The notes beneath the pieces are model-generated. The model was not told the origin of the DNA. It worked only from the letters and a program-made list of their open reading frames with translations, and ran no database searches. This document shows positions 9,407 through 18,490 of a stretch of 28,242 nt of DNA, piece after piece. Source of the DNA: an uncultured Thermococci archaeon. Its GTDB lineage: Archaea > Methanobacteriota_B > Thermococci > Thermococcales > Thermococcaceae. Position 1 is the stretch's first letter; each line of letters begins with the position of its first letter. Location of the stretch: positions 1 to 28,242 of the forward strand of contig CAZAPD010000084.1 in NCBI GenBank assembly GCA_964487115.1. Direction: 5' to 3'. The position numbers and the translations under genes are program-made.

Positions 9407-10792
9407 TTGGTTTCTAAATCTGAATATCCCAGATTAGTTACAATTCCTCCGGGTCCAAAGGCCCGAGAGCTTATTGAGCGTGAAAAAAAGGTCGTTTCTC
9501 AGGGGCTTGGAGTTAAGCTCTTTCCGGTTGTTCCCGAGAGAGGCTACGGCGCTTTAATAGAGGATGTTGATGGTAATGTCTTTATAGACTTTTTAGCTGG
9601 AGCTGCAGCAGCTTCAACAGGCTACGCTCATCCAAAACTCGTAAAAGAAGTGCAAAAGCAGGTGGCAAAAATTCAGCATTCTATGATAGGCTACACCTAC
9701 AGCAAAAGGGCTATAGAAGTTGCGGAAATTCTCACTGAAAAAGCTCCGATAAAAAATGCAAAGGTGCTCTTTGGCCTCAGTGGAAGTGATGCAATGGATT
9801 TAACCATGAAGGTGGCGCGCTTTGCAACAAGAAAACCATGGTTCATAGCATTTATAGGAGCTTATCATGGCCAGACCTACGGGGCAACCTCTATAGCGGC
9901 ATTTCAGAGCTCTCAGAAGAGAGGATTCTCGCCGTTAGTACCCAATGTCGTTTGGATTCCATACCCCAACCCCTACAGGAACATCTGGGGAATAAATGGT
10001 TACGATGAACCCAACGAACTGATAAATCGTTTTCTGGATTATCTTGAGAGCTATGTTCTTGCCCATGTTGTTCCGCCCGACGAAGTCTCAGTTTTAATTG
10101 CAGAGCCCATTCAGGGAGATGGAGGAATCGTAGTTCCACCAGAGAACTTCTTCATTGAGCTAAAAAAGGTTCTGGAAGAGCATGGAATTCTTCTGGCGAT
10201 GGATGAGGTTCAAACAGGAATTGGAAGGACAGGGAAATGGTTTGCCAGTGAATGGTTTAAAGTTGAGCCGGACTTTTTGGCTTTTGGAAAAGGCGTGGCA
10301 AGCGGTATGGGACTGAGTGGCGTCATAGGAAAAGCTGAACTTATGGATATGACAAGCGGCTCTGCACTATTAACGCCAGCAGCTAATCCCGTAATTTCAG
10401 CCGCAGCTTATGCAACGTTGAAGATAATCGAAGAGGAGAATATCCTCGAAAACGTCCAGAAGGTAGGAGCTTTCATGATGAAGCGCCTCAAAGAGATGAA
10501 GGAGGAATATGAGGTCATAGGAGATGTTAGAGGAAAAGGCCTAATGATAGGAGCAGAGATAATAAAGCCGGATGGAAGACCCGATCCAGAGCTCACAGGA
10601 AAAATATGCTGGAGGGCGTTTGAACTCGGCTTAATACTCCCAAGTTATGGTATGTTTGGAAACGTCATCAGGATAACGCCGCCTCTTGTGATTACACAGG
10701 AACTGGCAGAAAAGGGCCTTGAAATTATGGAGCAGGCGTTGAAGGATGCTCTGGCAGGGAAAGTAACACACAGAACGGTTACGTGGCATTGA
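9407..10792 (+). CDS. Class-III aminotransferase-fold PLP enzyme, probable alanine/serine-type amino-acid racemase
   Basis: DVDGNVFIDF, AYHG, DEVQTGIGRTG, PLP lysine in FGKG. EPIQGDGG carries Asp, as in fold-type I racemases/epimerases, rather than the Glu of transaminases. TTG start after GGAGGTGA. Confidence 0.8.
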   Translation: MVSKSEYPRLVTIPPGPKARELIEREKKVVSQGLGVKLFPVVPERGYGALIEDVDGNVFIDFLAGAAAASTGYAHPKLVKEVQKQVAKIQHSMIGYTYSKRAIEVAEILTEKAPIKNAKVLFGLSGSDAMDLTMKVARFATRKPWFIAFIGAYHGQTYGATSIAAFQSSQKRGFSPLVPNVVWIPYPNPYRNIWGINGYDEPNELINRFLDYLESYVLAHVVPPDEVSVLIAEPIQGDGGIVVPPENFFIELKKVLEEHGILLAMDEVQTGIGRTGKWFASEWFKVEPDFLAFGKGVASGMGLSGVIGKAELMDMTSGSALLTPAANPVISAAAYATLKIIEEENILENVQKVGAFMMKRLKEMKEEYEVIGDVRGKGLMIGAEIIKPDGRPDPELTGKICWRAFELGLILPSYGMFGNVIRITPPLVITQELAEKGLEIMEQALKDALAGKVTHRTVTWH

Positions 10793-10876
10793 TCTCTGTT
10801 ATTTAGATTAGATTAATGAAACCTTTTTCATAATTTATTTTTTAAACTCTCTCTTTAAATTTTCTTAGGTGATAAA

Positions 10877-10993
10877 ATGGGATTCAAAGGATTTATCGAA
10901 AAGTGGCATAAAAGGTGTCCATTCATAAGAACAATCGAGAAGTGGAGGTTTAAGAGGAAGAAGAATAAGTTTGAAATCAAAAAGAGGCCCTGA
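10877..10993 (+). CDS. Unannotated 38-aa highly basic small protein
   Basis: AGGTGA RBS (10867-10872), ATG 10877, MGFKGFIEKWHKRCPFIRTIEKWRFKRKKNKFEIKKRP, TGA ending 10993; AT-rich promoter-like DNA upstream. Confidence 0.6.
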   Translation: MGFKGFIEKWHKRCPFIRTIEKWRFKRKKNKFEIKKRP

Positions 10994-11041
10994 AGCTGGT
11001 TTCTTGAATACATCCTCCATGGTAAAAAGCTTCATTCAGCT

Positions 11042-12346
11042 TTACATCATCTCACTAACTTCATCCACCACCATCTCAACCTTAACCGCTTTCTGTTCCC
11101 CAGTTTTCATGTCTCTCACCGTAACCTTCCCTTCAGCGAGATCTTTCTTTCCAATGATGATCACAAGCGGCACTCCAAGCCTATTTGCGTGATCCAGAGC
11201 TTTCCTAAGCTTCCTCCCCTGAAGATCATACTCGGCCTTTATTCCAGCTCTCCTGAGCATCTGTGTTATCTCAGCTGCTTTCATCCTGATCTCAAGCCCT
11301 TTTCCGATATACGCAACAAAAACATCCGGCCTGAGCTTAAACTCTGGGAGAAGGTTTTTGTTTTCAAGTATTGGAATCAGCCTCTCAATTCCAATGGCAA
11401 AGCCCGTTGCGGGAGTTGGTTTTCCCCCAAAGACTTCAATGAGATTATCGTACCTTCCTCCACCTCCGATTGAACCTATCCCCAGTTTATTGGGTGCTAT
11501 GGCCTCAAAGACAATACTCGTGTAGTAATCAAAGCCCCTCGCAATTCCAAAGTCAATCAAGGCATAATCATAGACGCCATATGCTCTGAGCAGTTCAAAT
11601 AATTCTTCAATCTTTTTCAGCTCTTCCTTTGCCACTGCACTTGTAAAAAGCTCATAAGCCTTTGATAAAACCTCATCGGGTTTTCCTTTTAGTTCAATTA
11701 AGAATAGAACTTTATCCACAGCATCGTCGTCCAATCCAAAATCCCTGAGCGAGGCGATGAAATCCTCCCTGTTCATCTTATCCTTCTTATCTATCAGGCG
11801 CATTAGGCCAATATCATTCTTGACACTAAGCATTTTGGCAAACTCATCGAGCAAAACGCGGTCTCCTACGTTAACAGTAAATTCTCTGAGGCCTGTCGCA
11901 AGGTAGCTCTCAATCATCAGAGCTATAACCTCTGCATCGGCTTCAACGCCTGCTGATCCTATAAGCTCAACCCCTGCCTGCCAGAATTCCCTGAGGCGAC
12001 CACTCTGGGGTTCTTCATAGCGAAACATGTTTGTTATGTAGTACCACTTTATCGGCTTCGGAGCATTCTGGAACTGGTTTACAAATAGACGGGCAACACT
12101 TGAAGTCAAATCTGGCCTTAAAGAAACATCTCTGCCACCCTTATCCTTGAAAGCATAGAGCTGATTAACAACCTCTTCCCCGCTCCGGAGCTGGAATAGC
12201 TTCGTGTATTCAAATGTGGGGGTGAGAATCTCATTAAAGCCGTACAGTTCGAAGACCTCTCTGATCCTCTCAAAGATGTACCTTCTCTTTGCCATCTGTT
12301 CCGGAAGCAGATCCCTCGTTCCCTTAACTCTCTCAATCTTCATCAT
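11042..12346 (-). CDS. hisS: Histidine--tRNA ligase
   Basis: VKGTRD, LRPDLT, FRYEEPQSGRLREFWQ, RGFDYYT, GGGRYD, GFAIGIER; start at ATG 12346 or 12343 after GGTGGAGAGG. Confidence 0.97.
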   Translation of the reverse strand: MMKIERVKGTRDLLPEQMAKRRYIFERIREVFELYGFNEILTPTFEYTKLFQLRSGEEVVNQLYAFKDKGGRDVSLRPDLTSSVARLFVNQFQNAPKPIKWYYITNMFRYEEPQSGRLREFWQAGVELIGSAGVEADAEVIALMIESYLATGLREFTVNVGDRVLLDEFAKMLSVKNDIGLMRLIDKKDKMNREDFIASLRDFGLDDDAVDKVLFLIELKGKPDEVLSKAYELFTSAVAKEELKKIEELFELLRAYGVYDYALIDFGIARGFDYYTSIVFEAIAPNKLGIGSIGGGGRYDNLIEVFGGKPTPATGFAIGIERLIPILENKNLLPEFKLRPDVFVAYIGKGLEIRMKAAEITQMLRRAGIKAEYDLQGRKLRKALDHANRLGVPLVIIIGKKDLAEGKVTVRDMKTGEQKAVKVEMVVDEVSEMM

Positions 12347-12445
12347 CCTCTCCACCTAAGCTTAAAAGATGAAGGAAGTTTATAGGCTTTCCGATTGTGA
12401 GTTTAATAGCTGTTACGGATGCATACTGGCTACAAAAGCTTAATG

Positions 12446-13048
12446 TCATTGAATCATCGAGAGGTATATTCCAACAACACCCTGAACCATCATCTGAGCG
12501 CCTATGGCCATCGTGAAAAGACCTATTATTCTGATGAAGACTCCAAGGGTTGTCTTTCTAACGTTCTTTAGAGCATAAAGCGTTACAGCCATCATAATGG
12601 CCGTCAGAAGAATTGCAATGAAAATTGCAGCTGTGGAAACGATCATCCCGTATTCAGCCGTCAGTGTTATGGCTGTCGTTATAGCTGCCGGTCCTGCTAT
12701 CAGAGGAGTAGCAACTGGAACAGCAGCCAAAGCAAGTATGTTTTTCTCCTTTTTCAGAGTTACCATGCCACCGCTCTCAAGGGCTTCAAGGCCTATCTTG
12801 AAGAGCACGAAACCGCCGGCAACACGGAGAGCATTCAAATCTATGTGAAAGATCTCCTGCAGTATAATCTTACCTGTGAGGGCAAAGAGAACAAGGAGAA
12901 TAAATCCTATCATGTTTGCTCTGACTATGAGGGTCTTTATGTCCTCTATGTGGAAGTCCTCCCGAAGAAGGCTAACCAAGAGTATCTTATCGCTTGGATC
13001 TATCATAATGAGCATTAACAGGGCTGAGCTGAGTATTTCCGCCATCAT
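12446..13048 (-). CDS. MarC family integral membrane protein
   Basis: [33 protein letters not shown] motifs. Confidence 0.9.
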   Translation of the reverse strand: MMAEILSSALLMLIMIDPSDKILLVSLLREDFHIEDIKTLIVRANMIGFILLVLFALTGKIILQEIFHIDLNALRVAGGFVLFKIGLEALESGGMVTLKKEKNILALAAVPVATPLIAGPAAITTAITLTAEYGMIVSTAAIFIAILLTAIMMAVTLYALKNVRKTTLGVFIRIIGLFTMAIGAQMMVQGVVGIYLSMIQ

Positions 13049-13079
13049 CAGTTTCGAAAACGAAATGAGGTTTATAAAT

Positions 13080-14213
13080 TTATGGAGGAGACCTTATGTA
13101 GAGCCATTTCAAAAGGGGAGGTGTTACAGTGGTTGTTGTAAAGACCATCAGAATAGCCACTGTGAGAGCATCAGCCCCTATGGATCCGCTGGCCATCGCG
13201 ACTGCAAGCATGGCAAGCTCAACTCCAAGTCTCGGTATCATCCCCACCCCTATTCTAAGGGATGCCATCCTATCAAACCCGCTTATACGCGCACCAAAGC
13301 CGCATCCTATTATCTTACTCACTATGGCAGCAACTGTGTAAAGGACTGCAAAGACGCCCGCATGAACTATGTAATTGAGCTCGATTCTCATACCAACTTC
13401 GACAAAAAAGAGTGGTATAAAGAGAGAATATCCGATAACATTGACGTGATCAAATATCTGCTTCTTCTGGTGGCTCTGTCCGAGGGCCAGCCCCACAAGA
13501 TACGCTCCAAGGATGGAGGCGAGGTTGAGGTGTTCAGCGAGATATGCAAAGATTATCAGAAACACAAGGGCAAATGTTGTGGTCGCTTCCGGCAGATCTA
13601 TCCTTGATATCCGTCTGAATATCTTTTCGGCCAATTTAGGACCAAAATAAAGGAACACAAAGAGGAAACCGCTAACTTCAAGGAGGACCTCTGTTATTGT
13701 TCTGTATTCAACATTACCTCCCCTTACAATGGACAGAGCTATGGTGAGTATGAGAATTCCGAGAACGTCATCAACAACGGCCGCCGCCAAAATCGTCGTG
13801 CCTTCCTTAGTATTCAGTTTCCTCATCTCCATGAGAACCTTCACAGTTATGCTAACACTCGTTGGAGTCATTATAGCCCCATAAAGGACAGCTTCGTGGA
13901 TTTCAACAAAGGGATAAGCGACCAGAAATCCCATCAAAAAGGCCACGGCCACGCCAATACTGGCAACAATAACACTCGGCCTACCGACTCGTTTGAATTC
14001 CTCCATGTCGCTTTCAAGACCTGCCAGAAAAAGAAGAAGGAGAACCCCAAGATTTGAGAATTCCCTGATTACAGGATTTGTCTCGAAAAATATGCCTATG
14101 AGAAGACCGCCAATTATTTGGCCCAGAACCACCGGCTGGCCAGCTTTTTCAAATAGATATCCCAGCATCTTAGCGGTTGTAAGCATGAAAGCTATAAACA
14201 ATAGTATCTCCAT
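13080..14213 (-). CDS. Cation:proton antiporter (CPA2 / NapA-like), paralog 2
   Basis: [32 protein letters not shown]; many hydrophobic helices. Confidence 0.9.
   Translation of the reverse strand: MEILLFIAFMLTTAKMLGYLFEKAGQPVVLGQIIGGLLIGIFFETNPVIREFSNLGVLLLLFLAGLESDMEEFKRVGRPSVIVASIGVAVAFLMGFLVAYPFVEIHEAVLYGAIMTPTSVSITVKVLMEMRKLNTKEGTTILAAAVVDDVLGILILTIALSIVRGGNVEYRTITEVLLEVSGFLFVFLYFGPKLAEKIFRRISRIDLPEATTTFALVFLIIFAYLAEHLNLASILGAYLVGLALGQSHQKKQIFDHVNVIGYSLFIPLFFVEVGMRIELNYIVHAGVFAVLYTVAAIVSKIIGCGFGARISGFDRMASLRIGVGMIPRLGVELAMLAVAMASGSIGADALTVAILMVFTTTTVTPPLLKWLYIRSPP
13762..13803. repeat. 42-bp exact repeat, copy 1 (copy 2 at 14891-14932)
   Basis: AGAACGTCATCAACAACGGCCGCCGCCAAAATCGTCGTGCCT is identical in both antiporter genes. 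Confidence 0.9.
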
Positions 14214-14214
14214 C

Positions 14215-15357
14215 TCACTCCCTCGAAAAAGCCCACTTAAGAAGGAATGGGGTCACAAGCGTTGTTATTACCACCATGGTAACTGGAATTGAAAACACTC
14301 CCCTGTCGAATACGCCCTCATTCAGAGCAACGTTGGCCATAATGAGGGCAACTTCCATCCTCGGTATCATGCCCACACCGACCTGAAGGGCTTCAATGGG
14401 TTTGAAACGGGATATCACAGCCCCGGTGCCGCATCCAAAAACTTTTCCAGCCACAGCCAGAGCAGAATATACCAGAGCAAAGACCCCAGCATGCTTCAGA
14501 ATATGAATGTCGGTTTCTATGCCGATGCTCACAAGAAACACAGGGATAAAAAGGGAATAACCTATTGTAAGAGTCTTCTCCGTAACCTTTCTGGCTTCAG
14601 TACTCCCGGCTATTATCAATCCTGCCAGATATGCTCCCGTAATACCGGCTATCTGGAACTGTTCAGCGAGATACGCAAAAACAAGCATTATTGCTATGGC
14701 GGTCGCAGTAACTGTCTCAGGGAGCGTTATTTTCTCTGACGCCCTTAGAGCTTCCTTAACAGCAGGTGTTCCAAGAAGAAGCCCCAGTATGAAAAAAACA
14801 GCAATTTCGCCGAGGATTATCAGGAGGTCTTCGGCATAAACACTCCCCTTTGTGTTCAGACCAACGAGAATCGTGAGGATAACTATACCCAGAACGTCAT
14901 CAACAACGGCCGCCGCCAAAATCGTCGTGCCTACTTTGCTCCTGAGCCGTTTCATCTCCATGAGAATGCTTGTTGTCAGACCGACACTTGTTGCCGTGAG
15001 GATTCCCCCGAGGAAGAGGGACTGCACTTTTGGGTATCCCCAGACAAGAGCGCTCACATATCCAAGCGTAAATGGTGTCATGACACCAAGAACAGCCACC
15101 ATGAAAGCAGGCACACCAACGTGCTTGAACTCCTCAACATCAGTCTCAAGGCCCGCCAGAAAGAGCAACATCACAACACCGAGATCAGCTATAAGCTTAA
15201 CCCCCTCATCGAAAGCAACAACATCAAGGAGAGAGGGGCCGATGACCATGCCTCCAACGAGCTGTCCAAGAGCTGCAGGAAAGCCTAAACGAACAGTTAG
15301 ATAGCCAAACAACTTCGCAACTACCAGTATCAGTGCAAGTTCCAGGAATACATCCAT
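14215..15357 (-). CDS. Cation:proton antiporter (CPA2 / NapA-like), paralog 1
   Basis: [34 protein letters not shown]. Probable start MDVF at 15357 after a GGTGA RBS. Confidence 0.9.
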   Translation of the reverse strand: MDVFLELALILVVAKLFGYLTVRLGFPAALGQLVGGMVIGPSLLDVVAFDEGVKLIADLGVVMLLFLAGLETDVEEFKHVGVPAFMVAVLGVMTPFTLGYVSALVWGYPKVQSLFLGGILTATSVGLTTSILMEMKRLRSKVGTTILAAAVVDDVLGIVILTILVGLNTKGSVYAEDLLIILGEIAVFFILGLLLGTPAVKEALRASEKITLPETVTATAIAIMLVFAYLAEQFQIAGITGAYLAGLIIAGSTEARKVTEKTLTIGYSLFIPVFLVSIGIETDIHILKHAGVFALVYSALAVAGKVFGCGTGAVISRFKPIEALQVGVGMIPRMEVALIMANVALNEGVFDRGVFSIPVTMVVITTLVTPFLLKWAFSRE

Positions 15358-15379
15358 GATCACCATCCCGCTGTTAAAG

Positions 15380-15934
15380 TTATCCCGAAACAACTCTGAT
15401 CAGACGAATAATATCCTTCACCTCCAAGACACCGTGAACTTTCTTCCCATCATCAATAACAGGAAGATGATGCTTACCTGTTTCTATCATAATCTTTATG
15501 GCCTTCCCGAGATTATCATCAATGTGAACCGTTATCGGCTTTCTCACCATTATTTCCTCCACGCTGGAAGCGCGGGAGAGTGAGTATTTCTTCAGCAGCC
15601 CGACACCGACTATGGAATACCTCCTCGGAGGCTCAAACAGATGAAGTATATCCTTCATCGTTATGAAACCAATAAGCCTGCCCTCATCATCAACCACTAC
15701 AGCAGAGCTCTCCTCACCCTTTAGCTCATGGACGACTTTGACAAGAGAATCTGAGGGATGAAGCGTCAGAAAATCCCTGTCCATGACGATCCTAACAGGC
15801 ACCTTCGAGATATAACGGATGTTATAGCTCAGCTCTTCTCTGCGTCTGAGCTGAACCAAGTGCCTCTTACCAACGATTATGGACATCTTCTTAGCTTTAT
15901 TATCCTTACTCTTGGGGGGTATCATGAAAATCAC
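15380..15934 (-). CDS. CBS-domain pair protein
   Basis: VVVDDEGRLIGFITMKDI and HHLPVIDDGKKVHGVLEVKDI; start uncertain; first gene of the antiporter operon. Confidence 0.88.
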   Translation of the reverse strand: MIFMIPPKSKDNKAKKMSIIVGKRHLVQLRRREELSYNIRYISKVPVRIVMDRDFLTLHPSDSLVKVVHELKGEESSAVVVDDEGRLIGFITMKDILHLFEPPRRYSIVGVGLLKKYSLSRASSVEEIMVRKPITVHIDDNLGKAIKIMIETGKHHLPVIDDGKKVHGVLEVKDIIRLIRVVSG

Positions 15935-16079
15935 TGAAATAAATTACTCACAGGAATGTTTAAATCTTTCGGGCACGGGAAATCTTTTTTACATTATTAT
16001 GTGAATTTACAGCGAAATTTACAGTAGAATGAACAAAAACATTTAAATACTATGGGGCTTAGACTTCGACAAGGGAAAT

Positions 16080-17534
16080 ATGATTTCCGAAAAAGAGACT
16101 GATGTTCTGATAGTTGGAGCAGGTCCAGCAGGTTTATTCGCCGCTTATGAGCTTGCCGAAAAAAGCAATTTCAGGATTCTGGTTGTTGATGAAGGGGGGG
16201 ATATAGAGCAGCGCGTTTGTCCGATGTACGAGCTTGGCTACTGTGTTGCCTGTAAACCGTGCCACATCATGAGTGGTATCGGTGGGGCGGGAGGCCTCAG
16301 CGATGGAACAATAAACCTCCGTCCGGACATAGGTGGCAATTTAGCAGATTTAACTCACGATGAGAACTATTCTTGGCAGCTCGTCTGGGAGGTTGACCGG
16401 ATTTTTCTCAAACATGGTGCCCCGAAGAACCTTTTCAAAGGGAATCCCGAGCAGATAAGGGATTGGGAAAGAAAGGCAGCTCAGGCGGGAGTGAAATTTA
16501 TCCCCATAATTCAGAGACATATAGGCTCAGATCACACCCCTGAAGTTATAGGGAGCATAAAACAACATCTGGAAGGTAGAGGTGTTAAATTCCTCCTCTG
16601 GACAAAGGTTCTGGAATTCAGGCAGGGGGAGGCAGTGGTGAAGAGAGGAAAAGATGTTTTTACAGTCAAAGCAAAGTACATTATCGTTGCTCCGGGGAGA
16701 GGAGGAGCCGACTGGTTCCATGATGTAGCTCAAAAGATAGGATTAAAAGCCAGACACGGACCGATTGATGTAGGTGTAAGGGTTGAGGTGCCTGCAATAG
16801 TTATGGAGCCCATAACGAGCATAAATCACGACCCTAAGTTTCACATTTATACCGACACCTATGACGACTTTGTTAGGACATTTTGCACCAACCCGAACGG
16901 TTTTGTTGTTGAGGAGCGCTATGACGGTTATGTTGGAGTTAATGGCCACTCTATGAGGGACAGAAAGAGCAACAATACAAACTTCGCATTTTTAAGCAGA
17001 ATAGAGTTAACAGAGCCTGTTGAGGATACAACAGCTTATGGAAAGAGCATAGCACAGCTCTCAACGACAATAGGTGGAGGAAAACCTCTTCTTCAGAGGC
17101 TCGGAGACCTTAGAAGAGGAAGGAGGAGCACGTGGACAAGGATAAGGAGGAGCGACGTAGAGCCAACGCTGAAACACGTCACCCCCGGGGATATAGCAAT
17201 GGCTCTTCCCCACAGAATCGTCACAAACATCATGGAAGGTCTTGAGAAGCTCGACCGGGTGATTCCCGGAGTTGCAAGCGATCATACTCTACTCTATGCT
17301 CCGGAGATAAAATACTATGCCATGCGTGCGGAGGTGGATGAGAACCTTGAAACGAATATAGAGGGCATCTTCGCCGCTGGAGATGGTGCAGGCCTTTCGA
17401 GAGACATAGTAAATGCTGCAGCAACGGGAATTTTAGCAGCAAGAGGAATACTCAAGAAGGAAGGTCTCTTCACGGAGAAGGAATTCAGGAAACCGGGAAA
17501 CTGGAGGCATGTTATAGAATCCATGGAAGAGTAA
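16080..17534 (+). CDS. NAD(P)/FAD-dependent oxidoreductase (COG2509-like) with N-terminal Cys cluster
   Basis: IVGAGPAG Rossmann motif; CPxxxxxxCxxCxPC; GGAGGLSDG; RTFCTNPNGFV; AAGDGAGLSR. Confidence 0.88.
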   Translation: MISEKETDVLIVGAGPAGLFAAYELAEKSNFRILVVDEGGDIEQRVCPMYELGYCVACKPCHIMSGIGGAGGLSDGTINLRPDIGGNLADLTHDENYSWQLVWEVDRIFLKHGAPKNLFKGNPEQIRDWERKAAQAGVKFIPIIQRHIGSDHTPEVIGSIKQHLEGRGVKFLLWTKVLEFRQGEAVVKRGKDVFTVKAKYIIVAPGRGGADWFHDVAQKIGLKARHGPIDVGVRVEVPAIVMEPITSINHDPKFHIYTDTYDDFVRTFCTNPNGFVVEERYDGYVGVNGHSMRDRKSNNTNFAFLSRIELTEPVEDTTAYGKSIAQLSTTIGGGKPLLQRLGDLRRGRRSTWTRIRRSDVEPTLKHVTPGDIAMALPHRIVTNIMEGLEKLDRVIPGVASDHTLLYAPEIKYYAMRAEVDENLETNIEGIFAAGDGAGLSRDIVNAAATGILAARGILKKEGLFTEKEFRKPGNWRHVIESMEE

Positions 17535-17550
17535 AAGCAAAAATTCAGTA

Positions 17551-18363
17551 TTAAATTACTTTCTCGGGATTTTCTATATAGTATTTTATCCTCCCCAAGA
17601 ATCTTGCGGCTGGTGCTCCATCTATCGCCCTATGATCAAAACTCAAGGACAACATCATCATGTGAGCAGATTCAATTTTTCTGTTCCTTACAAGTGGTTT
17701 TTCAATTATCCTATTGAGGCCAAGAATTGCAACCTGAGGCGGGTTTATTATCGGAGTAAATGAATCAACACCAAACATGCCCAAATTCGTTACAGTAAAA
17801 GTTCCACCAATAAAATCCTTCTCTTTTAGGAGACCCTTTCTTGTCCTCTCAACAATATCCAGATACTCATCAAGGAGCTCTTCAATGCTTTTCTCATCAA
17901 CCTTTCGGATCACTGGAGTTATTAAGCCTAAAGGACTATCAACAGCTACGTTAATATTAATGTCTTCATAAACTGTTATTTTGTCACCCTCTATTGTTGC
18001 ATTAACATCAATGAAATCCCTAATAGCTTTAGCTATGCATTTTAACATAAGTACTGTGTAAGAAGGCTTCTTCCCAAGCTTCTTACTGAGTTCTTTTCTA
18101 ACATCAATAAGCTCATCAACTTCCACTTCCATGTTGAGAGTTACATGAACAGCCTTGCGATAGCTCCCTGAGAGCCTATCCGCAATTACTTTCCTGATTC
18201 CTATTAACTTACTTTCCCGCAAAATCTTTGGATAGAAATGCTCCCTTATGTATCTCTCAAGATCCTCAATAGTGACTTCTCCATCTGGTCCAGAACCTTG
18301 AATTTTCGATAGATCTATATCATACTGCTCAGCAATCATTTCGATCTCTTCGTTATGAACCAT
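17551..18363 (-). CDS. 2-oxoacid/acetoin dehydrogenase E2 acyltransferase lacking a lipoyl domain
   Basis: Subunit-binding-domain-like IDLSKIQGSGPDGEVTIEDL; GGTFTVTNLG, FTPIINPPQVAILG, catalytic SFDHRAIDGA. It has its own GGTGA RBS and no N-terminal lipoyl domain. Confidence 0.92.
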   Translation of the reverse strand: MVHNEEIEMIAEQYDIDLSKIQGSGPDGEVTIEDLERYIREHFYPKILRESKLIGIRKVIADRLSGSYRKAVHVTLNMEVEVDELIDVRKELSKKLGKKPSYTVLMLKCIAKAIRDFIDVNATIEGDKITVYEDININVAVDSPLGLITPVIRKVDEKSIEELLDEYLDIVERTRKGLLKEKDFIGGTFTVTNLGMFGVDSFTPIINPPQVAILGLNRIIEKPLVRNRKIESAHMMMLSLSFDHRAIDGAPAARFLGRIKYYIENPEKVI

Positions 18364-18490
18364 ACTATCACCATTTTTTAGTAACCTATTTGAGATATAA
18401 CTCTTCCCTTTACCATGTTAAATTACGGGAATTCAATATAGACACCTAAAAAATTTAAAATGGGCAAAAAAACAGTTAATGGTGAGGCAA

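Noticed and set aside
12876..13607. Long antisense ORFs (also 4014-4643, 14852-15304, 23994-24383 and others)
   Set aside because: They are shadow frames opposite well-supported genes, with no motifs of their own.
16004..16024. AATTTACAG direct repeat upstream of the FAD oxidoreductase promoter
   Set aside because: Only two short AT-rich copies; it could be an operator, but nothing else in the window supports it.
16080..17534. FAD oxidoreductase as the missing E3
   Set aside because: It lacks the GGxCLNxGC redox disulfide and the C-terminal HPTxxE of dihydrolipoamide dehydrogenases. It is convergent with E2 and has backbone-like composition.
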